DNA of 64,000 nucleotides from the human T2T-CHM13v2.0 reference genome, Homo sapiens (GCA_009914755.4 CP086569.2:15360001-15424000), one strand, 5' to 3'; positions 12,558 to 26,454 are shown, counted from the stretch's first letter. Notes: generated by a model from the sequence alone, not told the origin. Numbers and translations: made by a program.

Positions 12558-15104
12558 TCCAGTAACTGGAATCACATGTTCACTAGAGCATGTCATGTAG
12601 GGTTTAAGAGAAATTCACAATTTAATCACATTCTCTGGCATTGAAAAAAACAGAAAAGTTAAATTACCTTGTTTGGCAATTTCAAGGCACCCCTGGAAAT
12701 GTCCAGTTATTGTTTTACCAGCACATTTTGCTTCTGTTGATGACATAAGTCCACAATCCAATGTACTTTTAAATATATTGGAATCACAAATCGAGATTTC
12801 AGCGTTGTAACAAAATGCCTTTGAAGACTTTTCTTTTTATGAAAAGAAAGAAAACCTTCCTGAAACAAAATGATTTAATAATGATGAGAGGAGGCTGACG
12901 TGAAATTCTGACTTCCAAGCTGCACAGTGCCCCAACATTCCTGCTGGATTTTGTAGCAATTGAAATCAGAGACTAGCATTAAAGGATGTCTGTTTACCCA
13001 AAGTTGTCCAGGACATTTTACCTCCAGGACTTTTATGCAGCTCTTTTTCTCTTATTCTTTGATGCTAGCTTCATCTATAACTACCTCAGAAAATATGATC
13101 TCACTCTCTTTTCCTCTCTCCCTCTTGTGATGTTTTACTTTCTTGGAGAATCTGGGCTGTATAAATGCCACAAAAACTTGCATCAAACTGTTAGGGCACT
13201 GGATGTTAAAACACTCATTTTACAACTTAACCCACCGCTTAAATTGCACTGCCAAGATGACAGAGATTAAATCATAACTCCCAGAAACACAGTCTAGAAC
13301 TTAATGAAAAAAGTTCTACCAAGATATGTATATTTTATATTGCTTCCAGCCAACGCTGCTCATGGTGAACCCATCCAGAAGTTCATTTAGAAAGTCAAAA
13401 AAGAGAAAGAAAGCAAGAAACAGCATCCCAGCAAAGGAAGTTATATAATTCTCTGGGTTATTTTTAGAATTTTTTCCATGGTGAGACAAATAACAGATGT
13501 AAGAATTAAATTAATAAGGTGCATTTAGCTTCTTCGTAGCACAGTGAGCTTTCTGACTAGTGGGGTATGCTATCTCTGCATCTATAAGGAAAAGCCTTCC
13601 AGAAGATAAGCATTGCTTTCACATTTCATGTTGACAATGCAAAGCAAATGTCACACTGTTTTCAACTCTTTATTTTTAAGCTTAGGAAGTGCATCAGAAA
13701 GAGGGGGAACTGATTCACTTTCTCAATAATTTGCCAGAAGGCTTTCTCCCTACTGCTTGGGAGTCCTCAAAATATTTCTTTACTTCCATACTGTTGAGCA
13801 AATATTGTTCTGTTTTCAATAGTTTCCCAACTCGTGCTTCTTAAGATGATGTAAAACCTGCAAATATCAGTACAGTTACACATTTCACTCTGTTCTCAAG
13901 TGTTGCTATTTATTATTGTTTTTCCTTCAAAACCTACTTTCTGTTGAATGCAGTTTGATTTCTTTCCAAGCCAGGAGGCATGTACTCAGCATAGCTATTC
14001 CATATCCACCATTTTTTTAAGGATATCGTGGAAAAAGAAACAATGCTCTGTGTTTCATAACAATTCTACGAATATTAACTCCACAGCTGGTGATGAAAAT
14101 GTGCATATTACCAAAAAAAAAGTGGGGATCTCAGTAAGGATACTAAACAGAAACAGTGAGAAGCTCCTCATTACAATTGAACAAGGCACAGTCAGGATCT
14201 TAAAAGTATTTTTTCATAGTGAGTATTTCCTTTCTCTGACTCAGCAGATGAAAGCAAAGGAGCTCAGTAGTTTTGCTGCTGGGGATGCTAGCCAAACCTT
14301 TCATTTATCTAATGCCTCTAGCTTTCGTGCAGACTTTCAGGTCTCAGGTCTCAGAAGAAGCCAGCAGTATTTGCAGAGGGGCTGAATTAATGCTGAATGG
14401 ATTTGAACTCATTCTGATGCAATTCTGCAAAAAAAGTTTCATACACTCACCATGACTGCAAGTCAGAGAACTTTTGCAAGACGAGAATTTTGAGGAGCAA
14501 CTTAATAGAACCTGTCTTCCATGCAGGCAGCCTAAATTTTGTCAAAAGGTACAGCATATGCCAGAAAAATTTCAGAAAGCTTCCCCAACTCCCTGAAGTG
14601 GCCAAGATGAGGAAGATTTGGTGTTTCAAACACAGTCCTCTGCCCTGTGTGCTGGTCTGCTATTTTTCCCTTTTCTAAGTGGGGCATTGATTACTGAGTT
14701 GTGAGTGGAGGTTCCTCTTCCAAAACTATGCCTTCCTAAACTACGTCTCTAAGTCTTGGATGGAAATATCTCACATCTCAAGGCCCACTCATAATTCTTC
14801 TCCTGTTTCTTCATATCACTATAATGGCTATTTTTTTGCTGTTTTTGGAGGCTCCTTTGGAATTTTTCATTTCCTCACAGGTTATTTAAATAGTGTAATC
14901 ATTTCAGAGCATCAGTAACAGTTAAGAACCAGATGAACAATATGTCTGTCTGAGTCATGGCTGCATTTTTTAGGCTTTAGACTTTCACGCCCCACACTTA
15001 ATGCTGTCTTTACTTTGCAAGGCCTTCCTCCTATGGGCTGTGACTGTCTTATAAGTTGTAAATTCTCAGAACCAGCATTTTGCTGCAACTGAACTTCCTC
15101 TGAC

Positions 15105-15650
15105 AAGAGTCAGCAGGGTTCAGTGTCAAAATTCATCTAATTTGGTGGCTCATGAAGACCTGCTTGTGGTTGGTGGAATGAGAACTCACTCTGTGTGAAG
15201 GAGCTTGCAGTCTCTGGCTTGCCTTTTTCACTGAGGACAGAAAACATAGGCTGAATGTTACCCACCATGTGAGGAGCTGAGCTGCCCCCCACTGTCAGGT
15301 TGATACCTTGAAGTTCTGAGAACCTCTGAATGTGACTTAATTTGGAGATACTCTTTAAAGATGGGGTAATCAAGTTAAGATGAGGCCATTTAGGTAGGTT
15401 ATAAACCAGTATGACCAGTGTCCTTATAAAAAGGGGGAGTTTGGACACGGAGACAAAACACAGGGAGAAGATGGCATCTGCAAGCCAAGGAGAGAGGGAT
15501 CAGGAGAAACCCACCCTGTTGACATCTTGGTCTTATACTTCCCACCTCTAGGACCATGAGAGAATAAATGTCTGTTATATTAACCATGCAGGTTGTAGTA
15601 CTTTGTTACAGCAATCTGGGAAGACTAAGACTCTCCCACCTATCCATAGC
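15105..15650 (+). mobile_element. MaLR (MLT1/MST-like) LTR
   Basis: …gtccttataaaaagggggagtttggacacggagacaaaacacagggagaagatggcatctgcaagccaaggagagagg…ctgttgacatcttggtcttatacttcccacctctaggaccatgagagaataaatgtctgtt…ctttgttacagcaa; characteristic MaLR 3' architecture. Confidence 0.65.
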
Positions 15651-16025
15651 CATAGGTCACCAGAAGGCTAATACTTTAAACCTGGGCTTTCTGACATTCT
15701 GCAAGTTATCAAATGTAGTGACAGGATGACATTTGATAAACAGGGAGACACTCTTTGATCAACCATGAAACTTTCAGGAAGAGCTTTCATGTGCTGATAG
15801 CTGAGTATGGCTTCCAGGACAAATCTTGCTACACAGCAAGAAAAAGTTTGACAAAATCAGCTGCATGAAACTCAAAATTTCTAAATAACAACGATGTCCT
15901 CAACAGCATAAAGAAGACAAGGCATGATGAGGGAAAATACATGCAATAAATCTGTACCAGTCATAATTCTCCAAACAAACAGAACCAATAGGTGGGATGG
16001 GCATCTGTATCAATATATATATCTT

Positions 16026-16200
16026 AGTCAGGCATGGTGACATGCACCTGAAGTCCCAGTTACTTGGCAGCCTGAGGCAGGAGGATTGCTGGAGACCAGG
16101 AGGTCATGGCTGAAGTGAGCCATGATTGCACCACTGCACTCCAGCCTGGGCAACAACACAAGACCCTGTCTTAAAAAAAAAAAAAAATTATATTGCCTGG
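16026..16200 (+). mobile_element. Alu right-arm fragment with A15 tail
   Basis: ggcatggtgacatgcacctgaagtcccagttacttggcagcctgaggcaggaggattgc…gcactccagcctgggcaacaa…aaaaaaaaaaaaaaa. Confidence 0.85.
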
Positions 16201-16700
16201 TGTATATTTACAGATTATTGTATATATTATAAACATATATAAATATTATATATTTAAATATATTATATACCATGTAGAGATACATAAATATATATAATCA
16301 ATCTTATATATGTTATATGGTATATACACAATTCAGCAGGGTTCAATGTCAAAATTGTTCCAATTTGGTGACTCATGAAGACTTGCTTGTGGTTGGTAGG
16401 ACCAGAGCTTACTCTTTGTGATACATATATTGTATATGTATGTACCATATATAATAACATATGGCATATATATTATTACAATGTACATATTGTAATAATA
16501 TATGGTATATAAATACATATGCTATATATATTATTACCATATATTATTCTTACAATAATATATATGGTATGTATTATTATAGTATACATATTATATGTGG
16601 TATATGTATATTACATATTATATACCACATATCATATATAGCATGATGTACATTATGTTTATCAATAAGCATTTTATATATAATATATGAAGATGTATTT
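16200..16700. repeat. AT-rich low-complexity tract (tatatg/catata-type) with many short direct and inverted repeats
   Basis: tatatattataaacatatataaatattatatattt…catatggcatatatattattacaatgtacatattg…; overlapping ORFs are composition artefacts. Confidence 0.85.
16329..16425 (+). repeat. ~95-bp dispersed duplicate of the first 100 bp of the MaLR LTR at 15105-15205, embedded in the AT-rich tract
   Basis: ttcagcagggttcaatgtcaaaattgttccaatttggtgactcatgaagacttgcttgtggttggtagg vs tcagcagggttcagtgtcaaaattcatctaatttggtggctcatgaagacctgcttgtggttggtgg (~85% id). Confidence 0.8.
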
Positions 16701-17099
16701 ATTTCAAGGAATTGGCTTACTGAGTTATAGGGGCTGACATGTTGAAAATCCGTATAGCAGCAGTCTGGTGGCCTGGAAACTCACATAGGGACTGGTGTTG
16801 CAGTCAGTAGACAGAATTCCTTCTCTTCCAGAATATCTCAATTTTGGTTTTAAGATCTTACAACTGATTGCTTAAGACCCATCCCATAATGAAGGATCAC
16901 CTCCTTCACTTAAAGTCTACTGTTTGTGGATGTTAACTACTCTACAAAACACCTCACAGTAACAGCTAGTATTTGATCAAACTGCTGGATCTGATTGCTT
17001 AGCCAAGTTAACACATTATGGGCTAAGTTGTGCACTCCCAAATTCATGTCTTGAAATCCCAACCCTCAGTATCCTAGAACATGACAGTATTAGGAGATA

Positions 17100-17590
17100 T
17101 ATTCAACCCATGGAATCGTTGGGGGATAGGTTCCAGAACCGCCCCCCCACCTCCGGATAACAAAATCTACGAATGCTCAAATAACCTTACGCAAAATGGT
17201 GTAGTATTCGCAATTAACCTACAGACATCTTCCTGTATACTTTAAATCTGAGGTCCTCAACTCTCAAACCATGGACTGATATCAGTCCTGTGGCCTGTTA
17301 GGAACTGAGCCACATTAGCAGGAGGTCGCGGCAGACGAGTGAGCGTTATTACCTGAGCTGCACCGCCTGTCAGATCTATTGCAGTGTTAGATTCTCACAG
17401 AAGCATGAACCCAATTATGAATTGTGCATGCAAGGGAGCTACATTGTATGCTCCTTATGAGGATGAAATGATAAATGTAATGCGCTTGAATCATCTCAAA
17501 ACCATCCCCTCATCCCCCAGCCCTACATCTGTGGAAAAACTGTCTTCCACAAAACCTATCCCTGGTGCCAACAATGTTGGGGATCACTGC
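17100..17590 (+). mobile_element. Unclassified CpG-containing interspersed repeat. I recognise it as consensus-like but cannot assign the family
   Basis: …tcagtcctgtggcctgttaggaactgagccacattagcaggaggtcgcggcagacgagtgagcgttattacctgagctgcaccgcctgtcagatc…aaaaactgtcttccacaaaacctatccctggtgccaacaatgttggggatcactgc. Confidence 0.4.
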
Positions 17591-17794
17591 TTTAAATCAT
17601 TCCTATATAGCTGATTTCCTCTGTTGTTTGAGAATAACAGGGAAAAAAAAGTATGTATGTGTTGAGTGCAGACACAACCATCCACTTTTTTCCTGTATAT
17701 TTTCAAATAGCAGTTGGTTAAATCCATAGATGCAAAACCAACAGATATGGAGAACTGACTAGTGTGTTTAAAGAGATATTTAAGGTAAAATAAA

Positions 17795-18345
<551 letters not shown>

Positions 18346-18636
18346 TAGCAAACTAATGGAACAAAATAAAATAGAAAAATATGAACAAAATACAACAGAA
18401 AAATATGCTCAAAATACAAAAGAATGTGGGCTGGGAAACTTAAAATATATCCAGAACATTTACCACAAAGGAATAAAGACTGCCCTGTTGAGGGTGACAG
18501 AAAAATATATACATTTAAATAAATAAAAATGCTTTTTTCCCCATAAATACCAAAATGCAAAACAAAATAACGGTGGGGCTTCCATATTTTTAAACTTCCA
18601 ATTTGTAGCAATCCAAAAGATGGATAAGGAATAGGA

Positions 18637-18646
18637 AGCACTTTTC

Positions 18647-18685
<39 letters not shown>

Positions 18686-18900
18686 TTATTATACTTCAAG
18701 TTCTGGGGTACATGTGCAGAACATGCAGGTCTGTTGCATAGGTATACACGTGCCATGATGGTTTGCTGCACCCATCAACCCGTCGTCTACATTAGGTATT
18801 TCTTCTAATGCTATCCATTCGTTACCCAGCTAGCCCCCGACAGGCCCCAGTGTGTTTTGTTCCCCTTCCTGTGTCCATGTATTCTCATTCTTTTAAATAG
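18637..18900 (-). mobile_element. L1 3'-terminal fragment (minus) with (TTTA)n derived from the tail
   Basis: (attt)n then ttatacttcaagttctggggtacatgtgcagaacatgcaggtctgttgcataggtatacacgtgccatgatggtttgctgcacccatcaacc = reverse complement of L1 3' UTR end. Confidence 0.85.
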
Positions 18901-20329
18901 TGACTGAGAATCAGGCAGCCCCTTGGGAGGGAAATCTGGGAGAACAGACCCAAGGTTAAGAGACACACAGCCCCTGACCCAGCACGTACTTCCACTTCAA
19001 GGAATACATCCGGAGAGATGCATTTCCACATCACAGAGAGATATATGCTGAAAGGTGTTTTCACTGCATAATTGCTTTGAAATATCACAAAAACTAGGAA
19101 AAAAAAAAAAACCTAAAATGGCTGTTGACAGAAGTTAGCTAAATCACAGTAGTTCAGACACTGAATGGTAGGCAGCCATGAGAAAGATCGCTCACGCATA
19201 TGCAAGTACGTGCATGTTTGTTGTTGGGGGAAGGTTAGTGGGTGAGTAAATGTATGTGTGAATGAGTCTATTTCCAGATGGTTACTGGAGAAAGCTGTAA
19301 CAGCAACAATCTCAGACAGCAGTGCTCAGAATCTGTTCTTCAAGGACAATTGACTCTTGTTTGTACATCTTTTCATATACTTGCAATTTTTTCTCCATAT
19401 GTGCTCCAATTTTTGGTTAAAATCATTGATTAAATATTCATGAATGCCTCATTTCTGTTAACATAGTGCTACATTGGGCCCTATTCTTAAAAATAATCAT
19501 GTTGATACTATACACAAGTGGCTTGTAAAACATTGTAAGATAAAGATTAATAATGAATTAATTTCTAGAAAAAAACAAATATGCCAGCCTTTTCTTGAAG
19601 CTATAAAATATCTTTGAAACAGTCCCAACTCAAGATTATCAGATATAATTTCCATCTTTTACATGCATTCTGAAGGCTGGTTACGATTCACCATATCCAA
19701 GCAGACTGTTATATAAAAGTTGACTTAGTTACTGAGCACATCACATCTTACATCTGTGTTTTGTGCTTATAAATACAGAAGGAATCCTTTGCAGTAATAA
19801 AACTATGGACCATAAACTGTGCATTCAATAGCTACAAAGAAGAAAAACCTCTGACCTTAGAGTCATAGTTTTCTATCCAGGTTCTAAAAGTTTTGGAAAA
19901 GATGATGACATGCTTAAAGTATTCTCCAAATGCCAACAATGTTCATTGCTGCCTCTAAGCAGACAGACTGTCATCGTTAAGAACACTTCTGAGAAGCTCA
20001 CAGAAAAGACAGTACCTGATATTTATTTAATCGTTCTACAATCAAATTAGCTGCAGTTTCTTCTGCAGAACTCAGGTCATCTGACAGCTTGATGATGCAG
20101 AAGCAGAATGCTTCTTTCAAATACTGAGCCAGCTTTTATTGTGGGATTGAGTCACTGTTTGGTCATGTTTTGAGCATCCCTAATATCCCCAATATGCCAC
20201 CCCAAAAGGCACTAAACTTAGAGCTGTGAACTCTAGTGCCTATTCTATGATGAACTATGTTTCTGGGTGGAATTGTGGCCACAAAAAAAATTCATATGCT
20301 GAAGATCTGCTACTTCCTACCTTCTCAGA

Positions 20330-20730
20330 ATGCGACTTTATTTGGAAATAGAATCGTTGTGGATGTATTTAGTTAGGTTGAGATGTGGTCATTAGGGTGG
20401 GCCTTAATCTAACATCATGGGCATCTTCATAGAAAAAACAAATTTGGAGAGAGGCATACCAATAGGGAGAATGCCACATGAAGATAAAGACAGACATTGA
20501 GGCACAGATAGTGCTTGTATAAGTCAAGGCATGCCACGGATTGACAGAAAGCTACCAGCAGTTAAAAGAGAGGGGTGAAACAGATGATTGCTCATTGAAA
20601 GGAAACAGTGCTGGCCCTACCTGGATTTCAGACTTCTACCCCCAAGAATGATAAGACAATACATTTCAGCCAAGGCTTCTATCTAACTCCTGAACTTGTA
20701 CTAACTTTTTATATGGACAACAATAAGGAA
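20330..20730 (+). mobile_element. MaLR-like LTR fragment
   Basis: …gatgtggtcattagggtgggccttaatctaacatcatgggcatcttcatagaaaaaacaaatttggagagaggcataccaatagggagaatgccacatgaagataaagacagacattgaggcacag…cctggatttcagacttctacccccaagaatgataagacaatacatttcagccaagg. Confidence 0.55.
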
Positions 20731-21044
20731 GGGGACATTAGTTTACCCAGTATGGACAGAACATCTGAACTGCAGAAAGAGGTTAAAGAGGTTAAACACA
20801 AAAGATTTCAAGAGAGATATGCTAACCCTATTTCGAGGAATGAGGTTTGGTCAGAACATAAACTTGGAAGTGAAAATTGAGGTTTAAAAGTACCCTATGA
20901 ACAAGACTTCTGAAGTTGGGAAATTACCGTTAACAATCTCCAGAAGAAAATTATGCTCCTCAGATAGGAATTAAAATGTGCCCTCTCAGTGGGGTTTCTT
21001 TTTTATAAACCCAATGTATCATTTGTTTAAATATTTTCTTATTG

Positions 21045-21310
21045 ATTTATTTTTTAGTAATTTTCTTTTTTAAATAATTTCAAATTTTATTTTAGAATCA
21101 GGGGAGTATATGTGCAAGTTTGTTACCTGGTATATTGTGTGATGCTAAGGTTTGGTGTAGAAATGATCTCCTAACCCAGGTACTAAACATAGTATCCAAC
21201 AGTTTTTCAGACCTTGCCCTACTCCCACCTTCCTCCCTCTAGTAGTCCCCAGTGCCGATTTTTCCCATCTTTATATCCATATCTGCAGTGCTTAGCTCCT
21301 AAAAGACACA
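21045..21310 (-). mobile_element. L1 3' terminal ~230 bp (minus) with T-rich tail at 21045-21090
   Basis: …gggagtatatgtgcaagtttgttacctggtatattgtgtgatgctaaggtttggtgtagaaatgatctcctaacccaggtactaaacatagtatccaac…ctctagtagtccccagtgccgatttttcccatctttatatccata = reverse complement of L1 3' UTR. Confidence 0.8.
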
Positions 21311-21570
21311 TGCAATTTGTGTGTTCATAGCAGAGCTATTCACAATAGCAAAGACATGGAGTCAACCTAGGTGCCCATCCACAGTGGCCTGCATAAAGAA
21401 AACATGGCCTATCTATGCCATGGAATAATACACAGACATAGAAAAGAAGGAAATCAAGTTTTTGCAGCAACCTGGATGCAGGGAGAGTTGATTATCCTAA
21501 GCAAGTTAACACAGGAACAGAAAACCAAGTACTGCATGTTCTTAATGAGATTTTCTTATTTCCCATAAAC
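21310..21570 (+). mobile_element. L1 ORF2 C-terminal segment (plus), directly abutting the minus-strand L1 tail; inverted relative to it
   Basis: …gtgttcatagcagagctattcacaatagcaaagacatggagtcaacctaggtgcccatcc…catggaataatacacagacatagaaaagaaggaaatcaagtttttgcagcaacctggatgcag…ctaagcaagttaacacaggaacagaaaaccaagtactgcatgttct (L1 ORF2 …FIAALFTIAKTW…EYYAAIKK…TWMKLE…LSKLTQEQKTKY…). Confidence 0.8.
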
Positions 21571-21883
21571 ACAATTTTAGAATATGCATGAGGCAACATT
21601 TGTAATTCAGGTATGCTAATTTCTCCCCTTGGGAAAAAGTAGGGTATAAAACAAGATATAATCAGGAGGTCTCAGACATAAAGGTCTCCATTCCCATGCT
21701 ATGTGTCATCAAATGGTCAACCATGAGCTCTAACACAGGAATCTTAGGCTATCCTGTCAGGCCAGGCATCTATTGGGCTGCTCCTGATCTAATCCTTCCT
21801 GTACCCCACCAAAGCACATTCTAATCTAAAATACTATATAACATGACTATAAACAGTTGAGAGTGACAATATGTAAAAATGTT

Positions 21884-22316
21884 ATGCGGGTCCGTGTGAA
21901 GAGACCACCAAACAGGCTTTGTGTGAGCAATAAAGCTTTTTACTCACCTTGGTGCAGGTGGACTGAGTCTGAAAAAGGAGTCAGCAAAGGGGGATGGGGT
22001 GGGGCAGTTTTCTAGGATTTGGGTAGGTAGTGGAAAATGACAGTCAAAGCGGGTTGTCTCTTGCAGGCAGGGGTGGGGGTCACAGGTGCTCTGTGGGGAG
22101 TTCCTCAGACTCATTGTCTGGGAGAAGGAATACCACAAGTTCAATTGATCAGTTAGGGTGGGGCAGGAACAAATCACAATGGTGAAATGTCACAGTTAAG
22201 GCAGGAACTGACTATTTTCCCTTCTTTTGTGGTTCTTCAGTTGCTTCAGGCCATCTGGATGTATACATGCAGGTCACAGGGGTTATGATGGCTTAGCTTG
22301 GGCTCAGAGGCCTGAC
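21884..22316 (-). mobile_element. Solo LTR7-family (HERV-H-type) LTR, minus orientation
   Basis: Reverse complement reads tgtcaggcctctgagcccaagctaagccatcataacccctgtgacctgcatgtatacatccagatggcctgaag…cctgccttaactg…ggtgagtaaaaagctttattgctcacacaaagcctgtttggtggtctcttcacacggacccgcat. Confidence 0.7.
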
Positions 22317-22759
22317 AAAAAGAGATGACTTTAAACAGGTTTCTAGGTAAGTGTGTCCTGAAATTCCATGCTCTGGGGACCTGGAGAAATTCCCTCTCTG
22401 GGACAAATTGGCCCTTTCTGTGGCTGTGAAAAATGTGCTTCTCATTTCCTTGACTCCAGGGAATGATATTTACTGAGAGCCCAAGATGCTGGGCTTTGAA
22501 ATCCATCACCTAGTTAGCAACTTGCCTATTCTACCTAGAGACTTAATCCCTCCAGTGACTGAGGATGGCTGGGACACCTAGGTGAGTCCTTTACTGGAGA
22601 CTCAGGACTCATGATGGCCAGTATTGGCTGGAGTTCTACCAGATCAGCATTCACAAACTTCCTGCTCCCATCCTCTTTCCTTTATGGGAATTCAGAGTAG
22701 CATTGAGCTCTCTGTTGTCATCTCCCAGGCTCTTTGGGCTGGCAGGAAATCTCATCCAG

Positions 22760-23345
22760 AACATGATTTCATTCTTTTTTATGGCTGTGTAGTATTCCAT
22801 GATGTAGATGTAACACAATTTCTTTATGCAGGTCACTGTGGATGGGCACCTAGATTGATTTTGTATCCTGAGACTTTGCTGAAGTTGCTTATCTGCTTAA
22901 GGAGACTTTGGGCTGAGATGATTGGGTTTTCTAAATATATAGTTACGTCATCTGCAAACAGAGACAATTTGACTTCCTCTATTCCCATTTGAATAACCTT
23001 TATTTCTTTCTCTTGCTTGATTGCCCTAACCAGAATTTCCAATTCTATGTTGAACAGGAGTGGTGAGAGAGGGCATCTTTGCCTTGTGCCAGTTTTCAAA
23101 GAGAATGCTTCCAGCTCTTGCCCATTCAGTATGATATTGGTTCTGGGTTTGTCATAAATAGCTCTTACTATTTTGAGATATGTTCCATCAATACTTAGTT
23201 TATTCAGAGTATTTAGCATGAAGTGGAGTTGAATTTTGTCAAAGGATTTTTCTGTATCTATTTAGATAATTGTGGTTTTGTGATTGGTTCTGTTAATGTG
23301 ATGGATTATGTTTATTGATTTTTAAAAATCCAAAAATTGAGTTTT
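22760..23345 (-). mobile_element. L1 ORF2 (RT region) fragment, minus orientation, with internal deletion
   Basis: ORF 22833-23219(-) = L1 ORF2 …[21 protein letters not shown]…[34 protein letters not shown]…[12 protein letters not shown]…; reverse-complement L1 nucleotide match (…ttttgtatcctgagactttgctgaagttgcttatc…). Confidence 0.9.
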
Positions 23346-23744
23346 TAAAAAAATGTTTGCAGCATTTGAATGTCCCCTTTTCTCCTTTCTAGTCATGAAT
23401 CTTTAAAAAAAAAATGAGGTTTCTGTTTTGGTGAAGGTATAAGCTTCCCAAGGAATTGGTATATCTTTCTATTTGCAAAGAATGTCTGCCTGTGTCTAAT
23501 GAATGTACTTGACTCTTTTAGGATATTTTTCAGGATAAAAGAAACATGAATATGTCAGAATAGCTGAATATAAATTTTTTTCAAAAAAATTATTTGAGTT
23601 GTAGAATAAATGATAGAGCTGAAGAGAAAGTAAGAGCTCAGGAGAAAACCCAGTCTGGTTTACATATTTTCCTTTTCTTTTCTTTCCCTTTTTTCAAGTT
23701 CACTCCTAAGCTGTCCCACATACATATTTTTAGGTAAAAAGCTA

Positions 23745-24049
<305 letters not shown>

Positions 24050-24050
<1 letters not shown>

Positions 24051-24112
24051 AATACAACAGAACACAACACGACACAACACAACACAATACAATGCAATAT
24101 AATATGAATATG
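24050..24112. repeat. (ACAAC/ACAAT)n pentanucleotide-type microsatellite at the Alu tail
   Basis: taatacaatacaacagaacacaacacgacacaacacaacacaatacaatgcaatataat. Confidence 0.85.
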
Positions 24113-24839
24113 TCACAGATATCAAAGAATCATAGTAGGTTACAGAAGAATGGCAGTATGTGACTTTCTCTGGCCTAAGGACTCAGTTTAGAAATAATAC
24201 TAAGACTCAGAGGGGTCAACTGGCTTGCCAAAGATTACAAAATTAATGGGAAAACTAGGATGAAGACTCAAATCTCAGTACCAGGTTGATGACTTTTGTG
24301 TGTGTGTTTGTGTGTGTGTGTAAATTTATCAGCTATTTTATCCTTACTACTAATCTCCTACTATTATAGAGTTTCTCTTGTTTATTATTCACAGGGTCTG
24401 TGGTGGACCCAGGCTAGGGAAGTCCCCATGATTCAGTGGTTCATATACACGTCCTTCCCCTTCAACATAGGCAGGAATAGTGACTTTCATCTAGCCAAAA
24501 CATGGCAAAGCTGAAGAGAGTTTTATTAGATGTAATTTATATCCTGAATCAGTTGATTTTGAGTTGTCTGCTGTGAAGATTATGATGGGTGAGTCTGATT
24601 TAATCAGGAGAAAGGCCTAAAAAAGACTGATCTCTCACTGAGGTGAGAGATGCTCTTTGAAGGCCTGATGAAATAAGAGGCCATATTGGAGAAATTCAAG
24701 TAGCAAGGAAGAGTGAGTGTCCTCTGTGGAGTATGGGTAGCTTCTATTACCCAATTGTTGCCTCTAATCAAGAGGTAGTACAACTGGGAGTCTCCAGACA
24801 CATAGCTGAAAGGAAATAAATTCTATCAAATGAGTTTGA

Positions 24840-25060
24840 AAATAGCCCCCTCCACATATAAGCCTCCAGATGAGAACACAGCCTAGCTACCCCCTTGATG
24901 GCAGCCTATTGAGAACTTGAGCAGAGGACCCAGCTAAGCCATACCTACACGACTGACTTACAGAAACTATGAGATAATAAACATATGTTGTTTTAGTCCT
25001 CTGTGTTATTACAAAACAGTAGTAAACTAACACAATATCTGTTCCCAAATGTTCAGCAAA
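24840..25060 (+). mobile_element. MaLR/MER-type LTR 3' fragment
   Basis: …cctccagatgagaacacagcctagc…gactgacttacagaaactatgagataataaacatatgttgttttagtcctctgtgttattacaaaacagtagtaaactaacacaat. Confidence 0.55.
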
Positions 25061-25321
25061 TGTAGCAGGTTGATAATTGATCACTTATAACAGTGGAAGC
25101 ATTTATTAATTTTTTAAAGACTCTCAGTCAAGCAAAGTGGTTTGGGAGAATTAATAAATCAAGCAGCATTGAGTGAAAATTTAAATAATGCTGTTATTAT
25201 GCATTAGTCGTCTAACATTTGTTTGTATTTGTTAATTTTCTTGTTTGATCTATTTAGTTTGAACAAATGATTTCCTTTTAAAGAATTAACTAACATGGGC
25301 ACCAATAAAAAATGTGAATGA

Positions 25322-25620
<299 letters not shown>

Positions 25621-26454
25621 AAAAAATGTGAATGAATAATAAAGTGTTAATAATGTTTATAAGAACTATGAGGCATATTGGAATAGTTCTTTTTTTTTTT
25701 GAAATTGCAATGTTGAATGTTAGATAAGTGAAGGAGAGCAATCTATTTTTCTACATTTGGATTAGAAGTCAGAGCAAGAGCATACATGAGCATTTGATGA
25801 CCAGCAGTTCCAAAGCTAAGGTCTTATAAAAAGTCTTCTATGCCTGGATGATATCTTAGTATCCATTCCAGCAGGGTGGATTCTGTTAGTTCATATAAAG
25901 GCCACAACATGTTTATAAAAAGCCTTTTGGCATTGTTAAATAAAAGACAGAGAGACAAAAAATCTGTGTTAACTTCAAAAATCAATAAATTGCTGAGGTT
26001 TGCAGGTGAGCGTAAACAGCACATAATTAGAAAGATCTTGGGAGATGAAGGATCTAATATTCAAACCTGTTGTGCAATCAACAGAAGGTCAAATGTTCTG
26101 AAAGCATGTATCCTTAAGGTAAATATCCTAAGTTGTGCTCCACATTTTGTCTTGGGATAGAAAAAAATAATAACTAAGAAACATGAATCTCTGAGCATGA
26201 TCAGTTCTTTGAAGAAGAACAACAACAATAATTTTAGGTATTTTTTTGACATATATATTCCAATTTACTCACTCTGATTAGTCATCACATGAATAAAATG
26301 TTAATTTATTAAATCTCTTAACCCTTAATATAGAGGGCTGTTAATTGCTTTAATTAATACATGAGCATATTGAGTCAGAGATAAAGTTTATTTGGATTCA
26401 GAACCAGACCCTTTAACTCTACACCACACTGACATTATAATAGAATTAGATGTG

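Noticed and set aside
12986-14385. ORFs 12986-13270 (94 aa) and 13948-14385 (145 aa) in unique sequence between repeats
   Set aside because: No similarity to any protein family I know, AT-rich codon usage, no convincing start context or flanking splice signals. An exon cannot be supported without conservation or RNA evidence.
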